DNA of 15,325 bases from Opitutales bacterium (GCA_024407725.1 JAKSVZ010000017.1:1-15325); one strand, 5' to 3'. Positions 1-7,861 are shown, numbered from the stretch's first letter. Numbers and translations are program-made. Notes: generated by a model not told the origin, from the letters alone.

Positions 1-80
1 AAAACCTACGTGCGTTTAAGATCCTAGATGCGTATCCCCATCGTGATACCTTTGAGGAGTTGGTTGCAGCGGAAATGTAG
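1..80 (+). CDS. 3' end of an unidentified gene (partial; codons start at nt 3). It reads ...NLRAFKILDAYPHRDTFEELVAAEM and stops at TAG 78-80
   Basis: The frame is open from the window edge to TAG at 78-80. A near-identical inverted copy at the other window end reads CAG at this codon and continues QDGK*. The same GAC GGT AAG TAA still follows in frame here. The product is not recognised. Confidence 0.45.
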   Translation, partial: NLRAFKILDAYPHRDTFEELVAAEM

Positions 81-100
81 GACGGTAAGTAAACAACCAT
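1..100. repeat. Left arm of the terminal inverted duplication (pairs with 15226-15325)
   Basis: The reverse complement of 15226-15325 matches 1-100 at 96/100 positions (mismatches at 56, 68, 78, 94). Positions 1-55 are exact. Weaker, gapped similarity continues to about 140. Confidence 0.9.
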
Positions 101-106
101 TAACCT

Positions 107-1228
107 CTATTGGTTGTGTAATTTTTCCATTACTTTTTGATGCATTTGCTCATTGACCGCATGGATTTCGAAGTGGTGAGCATAGCGTCGAGAAGCGTTA
201 CCCATCACCTCAATTTGGTCGAGGTGTGTAATAAAGAACTCCATTGCTTGAGCAAGAGCCTGCGTATCCTTAATCGGAATTTGGATACCGTTTTGGTGGT
301 CAATAATGACCTCGCGGCATCCTATCGCATCCGTTGTAATGATTGGGCGGCCGCATGCTAATGCCTCCAAGGAAGCACGCGGGACGCCTTCGCGGTAATA
401 GGATGGGTAAACGAATACAGAACAGCGATTGATAGCCGAAGCCATATCCTCGATATAGCCAACATACTGAACGTGTTGGCTGATCGTTTTCAATTGTTCC
501 CGTGAAATAGCCGAAGGATTGGTGTCAATACCGCCTCCGAGTAAAAATTCGACCTGCGGATAGCGTTTTTTAAGCTGTTGTGCGGCCTCAATGTAATGAA
601 ACACACCCTTTTCTTTGATAAGGCGTGCAGCCATCAAAAACGTAAGCTTTTGCGGATAGGGTTGAGGTTGAAAAGCTTGCAAATCAACGCCTGTGCCAGG
701 GACTACTGAAGAACGGTCTTGGGTTACAATGCCTTGTTGTAGGAACAACGCACGATCGTCGGGATTTTGAAAAAACACATGCGAAAAATGTTTGAAGCTG
801 TGTTTATACAAAAACAAACAAAGGTGCTTAATGAGTTTGCGCTTTAATCCTGGCTCATCGATAAACGCATACCCTAGGCCAGAAACAAGGCCATAAATCT
901 GTTTAAAGCCTAAATGAGCGGCGATCCATCCTCCATATACATTCGGTTTAACGTTGCCCAAAAAGAGTACGTCGGGGTGTACCGTACGCAGCAATTGACG
1001 GATGGAAGCCAATGCCCGCAGGTTGTTAATGGGGCCAATGGAGGTTCCACTAAATCCATCGAACGGGACAAAGCTAACGTTTGGGCATAAGGTTTTGCCC
1101 ACCTTCAACACTTCAGCGGAGGCTGCATAAAGTACCTTCCATCCTTTTGCCTGAAAATCATTAACCAAGGTATGCCTTAACCGTAAGGTCGATACATTGG
1201 AGCCGAAAAAGAACAAAATAGATGGCAT
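107..1228 (-). CDS. GT4-family (GT-B fold) glycosyltransferase
   Basis: 373-aa ORF. The C-terminal half carries the retaining GT4 signature YPSYYREGVPRASLEALACGRPIITTDAIGCREVIIDHQNGIQI, including an E-x7-E motif (EGVPRASLE). It starts 17 nt downstream of the co-oriented tRNA-Leu. Confidence 0.8.
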   Translation of the reverse strand: MPSILFFFGSNVSTLRLRHTLVNDFQAKGWKVLYAASAEVLKVGKTLCPNVSFVPFDGFSGTSIGPINNLRALASIRQLLRTVHPDVLFLGNVKPNVYGGWIAAHLGFKQIYGLVSGLGYAFIDEPGLKRKLIKHLCLFLYKHSFKHFSHVFFQNPDDRALFLQQGIVTQDRSSVVPGTGVDLQAFQPQPYPQKLTFLMAARLIKEKGVFHYIEAAQQLKKRYPQVEFLLGGGIDTNPSAISREQLKTISQHVQYVGYIEDMASAINRCSVFVYPSYYREGVPRASLEALACGRPIITTDAIGCREVIIDHQNGIQIPIKDTQALAQAMEFFITHLDQIEVMGNASRRYAHHFEIHAVNEQMHQKVMEKLHNQ

Positions 1229-1245
1229 GGATGAACAAAATTACT

Positions 1246-1330
1246 TGGTGCTCGAGAAGGGATTTGAACCCTTACGCCTTGCGGCACCAGATCCTAAGTC
1301 TGACGTGTCTGCCAATTCCACCACTCAAGC
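1246..1330 (-). tRNA. tRNA-Leu, anticodon UAG, class II (long variable arm), with encoded CCA
   Basis: The minus-strand sequence is GCTTGAG-TG-GTGGAATTGGCAGACAC-G-TCAGA-CTTAGGA-TCTGG-TGCCGCAAGGCGT-AAGGG-TTCAAAT-CCCTT-CTCGAGC-ACCA. It has a 7-bp acceptor stem, a 5-bp anticodon stem, the loop CU-UAG-GA, a TTCAAAT T-loop and a long variable arm. Total length is 85 nt. Confidence 0.9.
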
Positions 1331-1463
1331 TTATAGCGTAATTCCATACAAAATGGGATTGTCGAAAAGCGCAACGTATTTTTTTACGCACCCCTCATTT
1401 AAGCAGACAGGTCTAAAACAACTTGACATTGCCCATCAAACTTGTTTTTTCAATTGCAATTGA

Positions 1464-4265
1464 ATGGCGAACGTAGAAAAAAATGCGCTTCTAAAAGCGA
1501 CGCTTAATCTTCCGAAAACGAATTTCCCCATGCAGGCTCGTTTAGTCCAACGAGAACCGGAACGATTGGAGCGATGGAATCAACAGCATTTATACGCACA
1601 AATTCAAAAGAAAAATGCAAGCGGCAAACCCTTTTTGTTGCACGATGGGCCTCCGTTTACCAATGGTGATATTCACATCGGTACCGCACTCAATAAGATT
1701 TTAAAAGATATCATTTTGCGCTTCAAAAGCATGCAAGGGTTTTCGGCTCCCTACATACCCGGTTGGGATTGCCATGGGCTGCCCATAGAACATAAGGTGG
1801 CTAAAGAGCATCCTGAATTGCTGAAAAATCCAATTGAATTGCGCAAAACCTGTGCTGCGTTCTCATCGGACTTCATTAAACGCCAAGAAGCTCAATTTCG
1901 CCGCTTAGGCGTATTGGCTGACTGGGAACACGCCTATCAAACCAAAGAATCAGGGTATGAAGGTCATGTGCTCCATACCTTTGCTCAATTTGTTCGCGCA
2001 GGGCTTGTTTATCGCAGCAAAAAGCCCGTTTATTGGTCGATTCCGTGCCAAACAGCTTTGGCGGAAGCGGAAATTGAGTATAAGAACTTGGTCAGCGATA
2101 GTATTTGGGTAAAATTCCTGCTGAAAAAGCCCGAAGTTTTAGGTTTAAAGGAACAAACCTACGTTGTTATTTGGACTACAACCCCTTGGACTTTGCCAGC
2201 CAACCGAGCCATTGCGGTAGGTCCTGATTTACGCTATGTCTCTCTTCAAGTTGGATCGGAACACTACATTGTTGCGGAAGAATTGGTCGAAACCTTTAAA
2301 AAAGACTGTCATATCGATCAGGCAACGGTTGAGCATGCGTTCACCGGTAGCCAGCTAGAAGGGCAGCTTACTCAGCATCCATTTCTAAACCGCGAAAGTC
2401 CGATTGTATGCGCGGATTACGTCACGTTAGACACCGGAACTGGATGCGTTCATACAGCCCCAGGGCATGGAATGGACGACTACTTAACGGGTTTGCGCTA
2501 TCATTTAGAGATTGCTTGCCCCGTTGACGATCGAGGGGCTCTTATGGCCGAAGGGGATATGCCGGCCGAACTCATTGGTCAATTGGTATGGACTCCCAAA
2601 GGAGATTCGCCTGCAAACCAAGCGGTTATGGAGCTACTCAAGACCAAAAACGCTTTGTTGCAAGCAACCCCCTATCCGCATTCCTATCCGCACTGTTGGC
2701 GTTCAAAAGCCCCAGTTATCGCGCGCGCACTCCCCCAATGGTTTATTGATTTAGGGATGTTAAAGCAAAAAGCGGAACGTGCGATTGACGCTGTGCAGTG
2801 GTTGCCGGCGTGGGGTAAATCGCGCATTAAAGGTTCGGTTTCTGCTAGACCTGATTGGTGCATCAGCCGTCAACGCATGTGGGGAATTCCATTGCCTGCG
2901 TTTTTTAACGAATCCGGTGAAGCCTTGCTGGACGCAGATGTCATTGATGCATTGGCCGATAAAATAGCTCAACGGGGCACCCAATGGTGGTTCGAATCGA
3001 ACGAAGCTACGTTGCTAGAGGGCATAGCGTTACCAACATCTTGGACAGGAACCTTGCATAAAAGCAACGACACTTTGGACGTTTGGATTGATTCTGGATG
3101 TAGTCATGTAGCGGTGCTCCGCCCTAAAGGATGGGAACCGGCCGATTTATATTTTGAAGGAAGCGATCAGCACCGCGGTTGGTTTCAATCTTCTTTGTTA
3201 ACCTCCTTAGTAAGTGGGGATCGTGCTCCGTACAAAACGGTCTTAACCCATGGATTCTTTGTGGATGAGGAACGCAAGAAAATCTCAAAAAGTTCCGGTA
3301 GTCCCCAAACTGCCGAAGCTTACGTATCTAAATACGGAGCCGATATCTTGCGTTTATGGATTGCTTCTGAAGATTATCGCAATGATATTCCGGTATCCGA
3401 CGCTATTCTTCAGCAAGTTATCGCCACTTATCGAACGATTCGCAATACGCTGCGTTTTCAATTGGGCAACCTCTATGATTTCAAACCAAGCGATGCGATT
3501 GCCTACCCCCAATTATTGCCCATCGACCGTTGGGCTTTGGGTGAAACCAATCGCTTGATTGAATCGGTCACTCAAGCGTACGAAGCGTACGATTTCCACA
3601 AGGTATACCAGCAGATCAACCGTTTCTGTACGTTAACCTTGTCGGCTCGTTATCATGATATTTTGAAAGATCGCTTGTACACTCTCAGCGCTGATGGATT
3701 GGAGCGGCGTTCAGCTCAAACGGTTCTGCATACCATTTGCCAAACGCTCATCCAATTACTCGCGCCCATTTTAACGTTTACGGCCGATGAAGCTTGGGGG
3801 TACTTACAAGGAGATGCGGATTTTGGTTATGGCCAACCCGTCCATCTTAGTGATTTCCCCAAAACGAACGCTCAATGGAATGATGAGGCGTTGGATAAGG
3901 ATTTTACGGAATTATTTCAAATACGTGAAAAAGTGCAAATAGAGCTCGAAAAAGCGCGCCAGCAGAAAGCAATTGGGCAATCCTTAGATGCCCAAATCAC
4001 CCTAACGATTGGGGAACAAAGCCCTGAATGGGCTGTGTTAAAGCGCTACGAGTCCTATTTACCCGAATACTGGATTGTATCGGCAGTTCACTTGATGGTG
4101 GGACCCGAATCGGGTTGTTCGATTGCAGTCAAGCATGCAGATGGGGTACAGTGTCCACGCACTTGGCGGTGGGTTAATCAATTAGTTGAGGTAGAAGGTT
4201 TTGGGCCTGTATCGGAACGATGCGTGCCTGTATTGAAATCTTGGCTAAAAACCCATACAATGTAA
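1464..4265 (+). CDS. ileS: Isoleucine--tRNA ligase (bacterial type 1)
   Basis: 933-aa ORF with a HIGH-type motif (PFTNGDIHIGTALNK), a KMSKS-type motif (KKISKSSG), CP1 editing-domain motifs (TTTPWTLPAN) and DWCISRQRMWGIPLP. The C-terminal zinc-peptide region is present but retains only 2 of 4 Cys (CPRTW...SERCV). Confidence 0.97.
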   Translation: MANVEKNALLKATLNLPKTNFPMQARLVQREPERLERWNQQHLYAQIQKKNASGKPFLLHDGPPFTNGDIHIGTALNKILKDIILRFKSMQGFSAPYIPGWDCHGLPIEHKVAKEHPELLKNPIELRKTCAAFSSDFIKRQEAQFRRLGVLADWEHAYQTKESGYEGHVLHTFAQFVRAGLVYRSKKPVYWSIPCQTALAEAEIEYKNLVSDSIWVKFLLKKPEVLGLKEQTYVVIWTTTPWTLPANRAIAVGPDLRYVSLQVGSEHYIVAEELVETFKKDCHIDQATVEHAFTGSQLEGQLTQHPFLNRESPIVCADYVTLDTGTGCVHTAPGHGMDDYLTGLRYHLEIACPVDDRGALMAEGDMPAELIGQLVWTPKGDSPANQAVMELLKTKNALLQATPYPHSYPHCWRSKAPVIARALPQWFIDLGMLKQKAERAIDAVQWLPAWGKSRIKGSVSARPDWCISRQRMWGIPLPAFFNESGEALLDADVIDALADKIAQRGTQWWFESNEATLLEGIALPTSWTGTLHKSNDTLDVWIDSGCSHVAVLRPKGWEPADLYFEGSDQHRGWFQSSLLTSLVSGDRAPYKTVLTHGFFVDEERKKISKSSGSPQTAEAYVSKYGADILRLWIASEDYRNDIPVSDAILQQVIATYRTIRNTLRFQLGNLYDFKPSDAIAYPQLLPIDRWALGETNRLIESVTQAYEAYDFHKVYQQINRFCTLTLSARYHDILKDRLYTLSADGLERRSAQTVLHTICQTLIQLLAPILTFTADEAWGYLQGDADFGYGQPVHLSDFPKTNAQWNDEALDKDFTELFQIREKVQIELEKARQQKAIGQSLDAQITLTIGEQSPEWAVLKRYESYLPEYWIVSAVHLMVGPESGCSIAVKHADGVQCPRTWRWVNQLVEVEGFGPVSERCVPVLKSWLKTHTM

Positions 4266-4272
4266 TTCACAC

Positions 4273-4794
4273 ATGAAGCGAAAGACATCAAAAACCAGCA
4301 AGTCATCGGACAAGGTTGCTGTTACCCCCAAAGTACTTCCTGCTGCGTCGCTAGCAGATATTTTGGGTTTAAGTACCCCCAACCAACCTAAAGCAGAGCA
4401 TAACAAGAACGAAGTGCCTAAAAAGTGGCGCACGTACTATGACCAACTGATCGCGTTAAAGGAGCAGCTGGAACAAACGGGGCATGTAGCTGCAGAAACC
4501 TACGGCTATTCCAATCCGAAAACACTCATTTTTGATATCAATGCAGCGATTGACCGCATTTTTAAAGGGACTTATGGCCTGTGTGAGTTGACGCATAAGC
4601 CCATTAATCCCGAAAGGCTACGCGCAATGCCTTATACTCGGTATTCATCCGAAGGCCAAAAGCAGCTGGATGAAGAAGCGAAGCTACAGGCATTAAAGAA
4701 CCGTAAAGCGGATGAGGACTATGATTCCGACGGTGCTGAAGACGCGCTCAACAAACTGTTGTTGATGGACGATAACAATGGCGCGAACGAATGA
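4273..4794 (+). CDS. DksA/TraR-family protein with a degenerate (Cys-depleted) zinc-finger region
   Basis: 173 aa. AIDRIFKGTYGLCELTHKPINPERLRAMPYTRYSSEGQ matches the TraR/DksA finger scaffold (RI..GTYG.C..CG..I...RL.A.P.A..C..CQ), but only the first Cys is kept. It has a basic Ser/Lys-rich N-terminus and an acidic C-tail. It starts 7 nt after the ileS stop, and its stop overlaps the lspA start (ATGA). Confidence 0.65.
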   Translation: MKRKTSKTSKSSDKVAVTPKVLPAASLADILGLSTPNQPKAEHNKNEVPKKWRTYYDQLIALKEQLEQTGHVAAETYGYSNPKTLIFDINAAIDRIFKGTYGLCELTHKPINPERLRAMPYTRYSSEGQKQLDEEAKLQALKNRKADEDYDSDGAEDALNKLLLMDDNNGANE

Positions 4795-5231
4795 GGGGGC
4801 GTAAACTTTGCTTTTGTGTTGCAGGGGGCGTTGTGCTGCTTGATCAGCTAACGAAGTATCTATGTGCTCATGCTAACCCCTGCCAAGTCCCCGTTATCCC
4901 TCATTGCTTATCCCTAACCTTTGTCGTCAATACCGGAAGTATTTGGGGTTGGGCTGGCGCTTATACCTCTTTATTGGCTTACGCCGGAGTCGCCTTACTC
5001 TTTGTTTTAAGCGCTTATTTTTTAGCAAAACCACCCGCCTATCCTATTTGGATGGGATTGCTCATCGGGGGAGTCTGTGGCAATACCCTAGACCGTTTAT
5101 GCCGCGGGTATGTAATTGATTTCATCGATTGCTATATCAAAAATTGGCATTGGCCGTGCTTTAATATAGCCGATATCGCTATCACCAGCGCCTGTCTCGG
5201 AATGATTCTTTTTCAACCGAAACCTCGCTAA
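4791..5231 (+). CDS. lspA: Lipoprotein signal peptidase (signal peptidase II)
   Basis: 146 aa and polytopic. It carries the LspA motifs LDQLTK, VNTGSIWG, GGVCGNTLDRLCRGYVIDFID and WPCFNIADIAI. ileS-lspA linkage is a classic conserved synteny. Confidence 0.9.
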   Translation: MRGRKLCFCVAGGVVLLDQLTKYLCAHANPCQVPVIPHCLSLTFVVNTGSIWGWAGAYTSLLAYAGVALLFVLSAYFLAKPPAYPIWMGLLIGGVCGNTLDRLCRGYVIDFIDCYIKNWHWPCFNIADIAITSACLGMILFQPKPR

Positions 5232-5237
5232 TGATCC

Positions 5238-6047
5238 TTATTTTTTATCCTCAAATGTATAAAAATCAGGCGTAATGCTGAAGGATTGAATCGACCCAAC
5301 AAGCGGCTGTCGATCGCGCGCAGCAACCATTAAAGAAAGCATCAGGGTTTGATCCATAAAAGGCACTGAATAGGTGTGGATTGTACTATAACCTTGGTAA
5401 AGCTCTGGATGGGTACATAAAACACTCAGTCCGTTTTGTTCAACAAAGGATAACGTTAAATAAATCCGATCATCCCACGACCGTAGTTTTTGCGAACAAA
5501 ACAACGGCTGTTGTTGAGCCAAACGGACATGCTGTTCTTGAATCGCCTTTTCATCTCCCTGCAGGTTTTTATCGTGCGGTGAACCAATCGGAAAAACAAT
5601 GGAAGTTTTTACAACGCTCGGCGTGGGTAATGGTACTGCTGGTCTCGTGGTAGGTAACGTTGTCCTAGGAACCACACTCGTAGCGGGTCGGTTGGTTCTG
5701 GGAACAATTTTCGTGGTAGGTCGTGTTCCCGATGCTACTTGCCTTACGACCGGCGCTACAGGTTGTCCGGTTGTCACCTCTGCTGGCTGTTCAGAAAAGG
5801 TGAATACGCCAGCAATACGATCCTTTAATTCCGATTTGGACGGATGAACCACGTGCGTTCGATGGATAGTCTGGCCTCCAACGATATAGGTGTAATCAAA
5901 CGTTAAGGATGCCAAGCTCCAAAACCAATAAGAATAAGTCTTAATAGGCACCGTTAAATTACAACGTTGGTTAAAGGGGAGAGCCAAGATGCTGGGGCTT
6001 ACCCCCAGCTCATTGACAATCGTACGGAATGAAGGCGCAACAGGCAT
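5238..6047 (-). CDS. Distal tail / putative receptor-binding protein: two globular halves joined by a Pro/Thr/Arg-rich repeat linker
   Basis: 269-aa ORF and the last gene of the operon, starting 3 nt after the upstream stop. The central tract is RPTTKIVPRTN-RPATSVVPRTT-LPTTRPAVPLPTP. The function is inferred from position only. Confidence 0.4.
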   Translation of the reverse strand: MPVAPSFRTIVNELGVSPSILALPFNQRCNLTVPIKTYSYWFWSLASLTFDYTYIVGGQTIHRTHVVHPSKSELKDRIAGVFTFSEQPAEVTTGQPVAPVVRQVASGTRPTTKIVPRTNRPATSVVPRTTLPTTRPAVPLPTPSVVKTSIVFPIGSPHDKNLQGDEKAIQEQHVRLAQQQPLFCSQKLRSWDDRIYLTLSFVEQNGLSVLCTHPELYQGYSTIHTYSVPFMDQTLMLSLMVAARDRQPLVGSIQSFSITPDFYTFEDKK

Positions 6048-6050
6048 AAA

Positions 6051-7739
6051 TCAGCGAGAAGCAATCATCCAGAATTGTTTCAGCTCCCCGTTTTCAACCA
6101 TATTAAACGGTTTTAGGGAAAGCTGCGTGTTTTCAGGCAACTCATTCGCATTAATCATCACCTGCTTTGATTTCGTTCCAATCGTTAACTGCGTATAGCG
6201 CCCCATATCCACCTGAGAATCGGAAATGGGCGACATATGCGGGAAATAGGTTCTATTTCCGGAACTTTGATCGGCAAAGCGTATCTTGGGGTTATCCGTG
6301 ATGGTACGGATTCGGTGCGTATGCATCAACTGACAGATATCGTTAGGTCCTAATTGCTTAGGGGCTCCAAACTTTAAAACGGTCGTTCCGGTATCCAACG
6401 AAATCCGTTCTTCCTGTACGGGTAAACTCAAAGTGCCCCACGCGGGTTCGCCATCTAAAAACGACAAAGCGTGGCCGATAAAAGGTCCCGATAGATCCTC
6501 GTCAATCAAGGTTAATTGTCCCTCATAGCGCAAACACCCTATCGATTGATACAGCGTGGCTGCTAAACCGACCGGAGGCTGCGTTGTTTTGCCCGTAGAA
6601 ATAATGTTTTGATAGATCCTAGATTGCGCATTGGTTGCACAAATTTTTACCGAAAATGGACGTTCGGTATCCATTTCATCGGTTACGTAATGAATACTAG
6701 CGCTGATTGTTTCATAGGTAGCGTCGCAACCCATCCAAGGCGCAATCGCTCCTTCTAGTAACTCATTCGGTAGATTAGACATCCGCTGAACGTTGGAAAT
6801 TTGCATCGATTTTGCATCAACCAAACAAGGAAAGTGCTTTTTCCACCATTCGTCGCTTTCGGGTTGAATCGGTTGCGTCTGTACCCATTGTTCCTGCACA
6901 TGAGCATGCGACCCTTCCAATTCAACTGTCAATACCAACGCATTCAGTTCTTCACCGGTTGCATTTTCGGGATAGCGATCGACCGTAACGCTTTTCCACG
7001 TAGCCCCATCGGCTGAATGCGAATGTTCGTATTTCAGAACAACCGCTGCTATCTTTAAATCATTGCGGGGAATGATGGAAAACTGAGTCAATTGGCGTAG
7101 GGACAACGATTGTTTTTGTAAGGCTGACGCACAAGCAAAATGAATCGTTGGAGTTTTCGTCGTATAATCGATCCAAGCAGTAGCGTTGGGGGTCCAACGT
7201 AATAGCTTTAAAATCGCTTCACTACAACTGCAGTCCTTGATGGTTTCGCAAGGAAACTCGAAATCAAAACCGGCAATAGACCCACAATCAATCGGTGCAT
7301 GATGCGCTTTCGCATAATCAACAATTGCCTGTAGGCACTGACGAGCATTAATCGTATTTCCTTGGTCATCTTGACCCAGCAAACACACACTACGGTTAAT
7401 CACTTCTGTGGTGGTCGCTGTACCATCTTTAAAATAGCGCCAAGGTTGTTGAAAAACCAAATGCTCGAAATACCAAAATGGACCGGACGCTTTGTAATAA
7501 GCGGATTCAGAATCCGCTGTATAATACGTTGGCGTTTGGGTAATACGTCCCCAAAACCATCGAGTGGCATCCTGAAAAATTTCAATGATTGCATCGCATT
7601 CGAACACGGGTGCTGAAGCATCCGTTTGAAAAGTGACCGTATCCGTCCCTTGATTCAGGATGTGGCGCGTAACATTAGAAATACCCCATTCGGACAAAGG
7701 TTTGGTTTGTCCGCGATAAGACAGGGTCCATTGCTTCAT
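6051..7739 (-). CDS. Large tail structural protein (hub / baseplate-like; the N-terminus is reminiscent of the gpD / Mu gp44 style)
   Basis: 562-aa ORF, the largest in the cluster, located after the neck genes. The N-terminal pattern is WTLSYRGQTKPLSEWGISNVTRHILNQGTDTVTFQ...IIEIFQDATRWFWGRIT. The family assignment is a visual impression and is unverified. Confidence 0.35.
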   Translation of the reverse strand: MKQWTLSYRGQTKPLSEWGISNVTRHILNQGTDTVTFQTDASAPVFECDAIIEIFQDATRWFWGRITQTPTYYTADSESAYYKASGPFWYFEHLVFQQPWRYFKDGTATTTEVINRSVCLLGQDDQGNTINARQCLQAIVDYAKAHHAPIDCGSIAGFDFEFPCETIKDCSCSEAILKLLRWTPNATAWIDYTTKTPTIHFACASALQKQSLSLRQLTQFSIIPRNDLKIAAVVLKYEHSHSADGATWKSVTVDRYPENATGEELNALVLTVELEGSHAHVQEQWVQTQPIQPESDEWWKKHFPCLVDAKSMQISNVQRMSNLPNELLEGAIAPWMGCDATYETISASIHYVTDEMDTERPFSVKICATNAQSRIYQNIISTGKTTQPPVGLAATLYQSIGCLRYEGQLTLIDEDLSGPFIGHALSFLDGEPAWGTLSLPVQEERISLDTGTTVLKFGAPKQLGPNDICQLMHTHRIRTITDNPKIRFADQSSGNRTYFPHMSPISDSQVDMGRYTQLTIGTKSKQVMINANELPENTQLSLKPFNMVENGELKQFWMIASR

Positions 7740-7741
7740 GA

Positions 7742-7861
7742 TTAATGACGAGTATTGTTGATTTGTTCACGCAACTCCTCTATCTGACCCGCTAAATCAG
7801 CAAGTTGGTTTTCGTGCTCTTTGATCGCATCTAATAATTCATAATAATCATTTTGTTTCAT
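7742..7861 (-). CDS. 39-aa coiled-coil micro-protein (MKQNDYYELLDAIKEHENQLADLAGQIEELREQINNTRH)
   Basis: The internal ATG at 7861-7859 lies 7 nt after a perfect GGAGGA (complement of 7869-7874). The 66-aa version in the ORF track would overlap the upstream gene by 95 nt. The sequence is heptad-like. Its stop lies 2 nt before the 562-aa gene. Confidence 0.5.
   Translation of the reverse strand: MKQNDYYELLDAIKEHENQLADLAGQIEELREQINNTRH

Noticed and set aside
137-361. 74-aa + strand ORF
   Set aside because: It is antisense to, and wholly inside, the conserved C-terminal GT4 domain. It has no start context and is an ordinary shadow ORF.
1197-1463. 88-aa + strand ORF in the ORF track
   Set aside because: It runs antisense straight through the well-formed tRNA-Leu (1246-1330) and the ileS upstream region. 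The tRNA explains this sequence.
1423-1463. TTGACA (1423-1428) and a tandem CAATTG-CAATTG just upstream of ileS, as a promoter/operator
   Set aside because: No acceptable -10 hexamer lies at a 16-19-nt spacing (TTTTTC / TTTTCA). The tandem 6-bp palindromes are too short to call an operator. It was therefore not reported as a feature.
2512-3558. Four short ORFs (2512-2754 +, 2760-2984 -, 2779-2967 +, 3250-3558 +) inside ileS
   Set aside because: They are alternative-frame or antisense ORFs within an unambiguous 933-aa IleRS reading frame, with low-complexity or Arg/Cys-rich translations.
4245-5119. ORFs 4245-4433 (-) and 4904-5119 (+)
   Set aside because: They are shadow ORFs within the DksA-like and lspA genes. 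The lspA frame carries all of the family motifs.
5381-6198. + strand ORFs 5381-5653, 5599-5847 and 5989-6198
   Set aside because: They are antisense to the tightly coupled tail genes. The Gly/Val/Leu-rich 5599-5847 translation is simply the complement of the Pro/Thr/Arg repeat tract.
6801-7621. ORFs 6801-7016 (+), 7208-7390 (-), 7362-7616 (+) and 7400-7621 (-) inside the 562-aa gene
   Set aside because: They are off-frame or antisense with random-looking, Arg/Ile-rich translations. The long frame is uninterrupted and looks like real protein.
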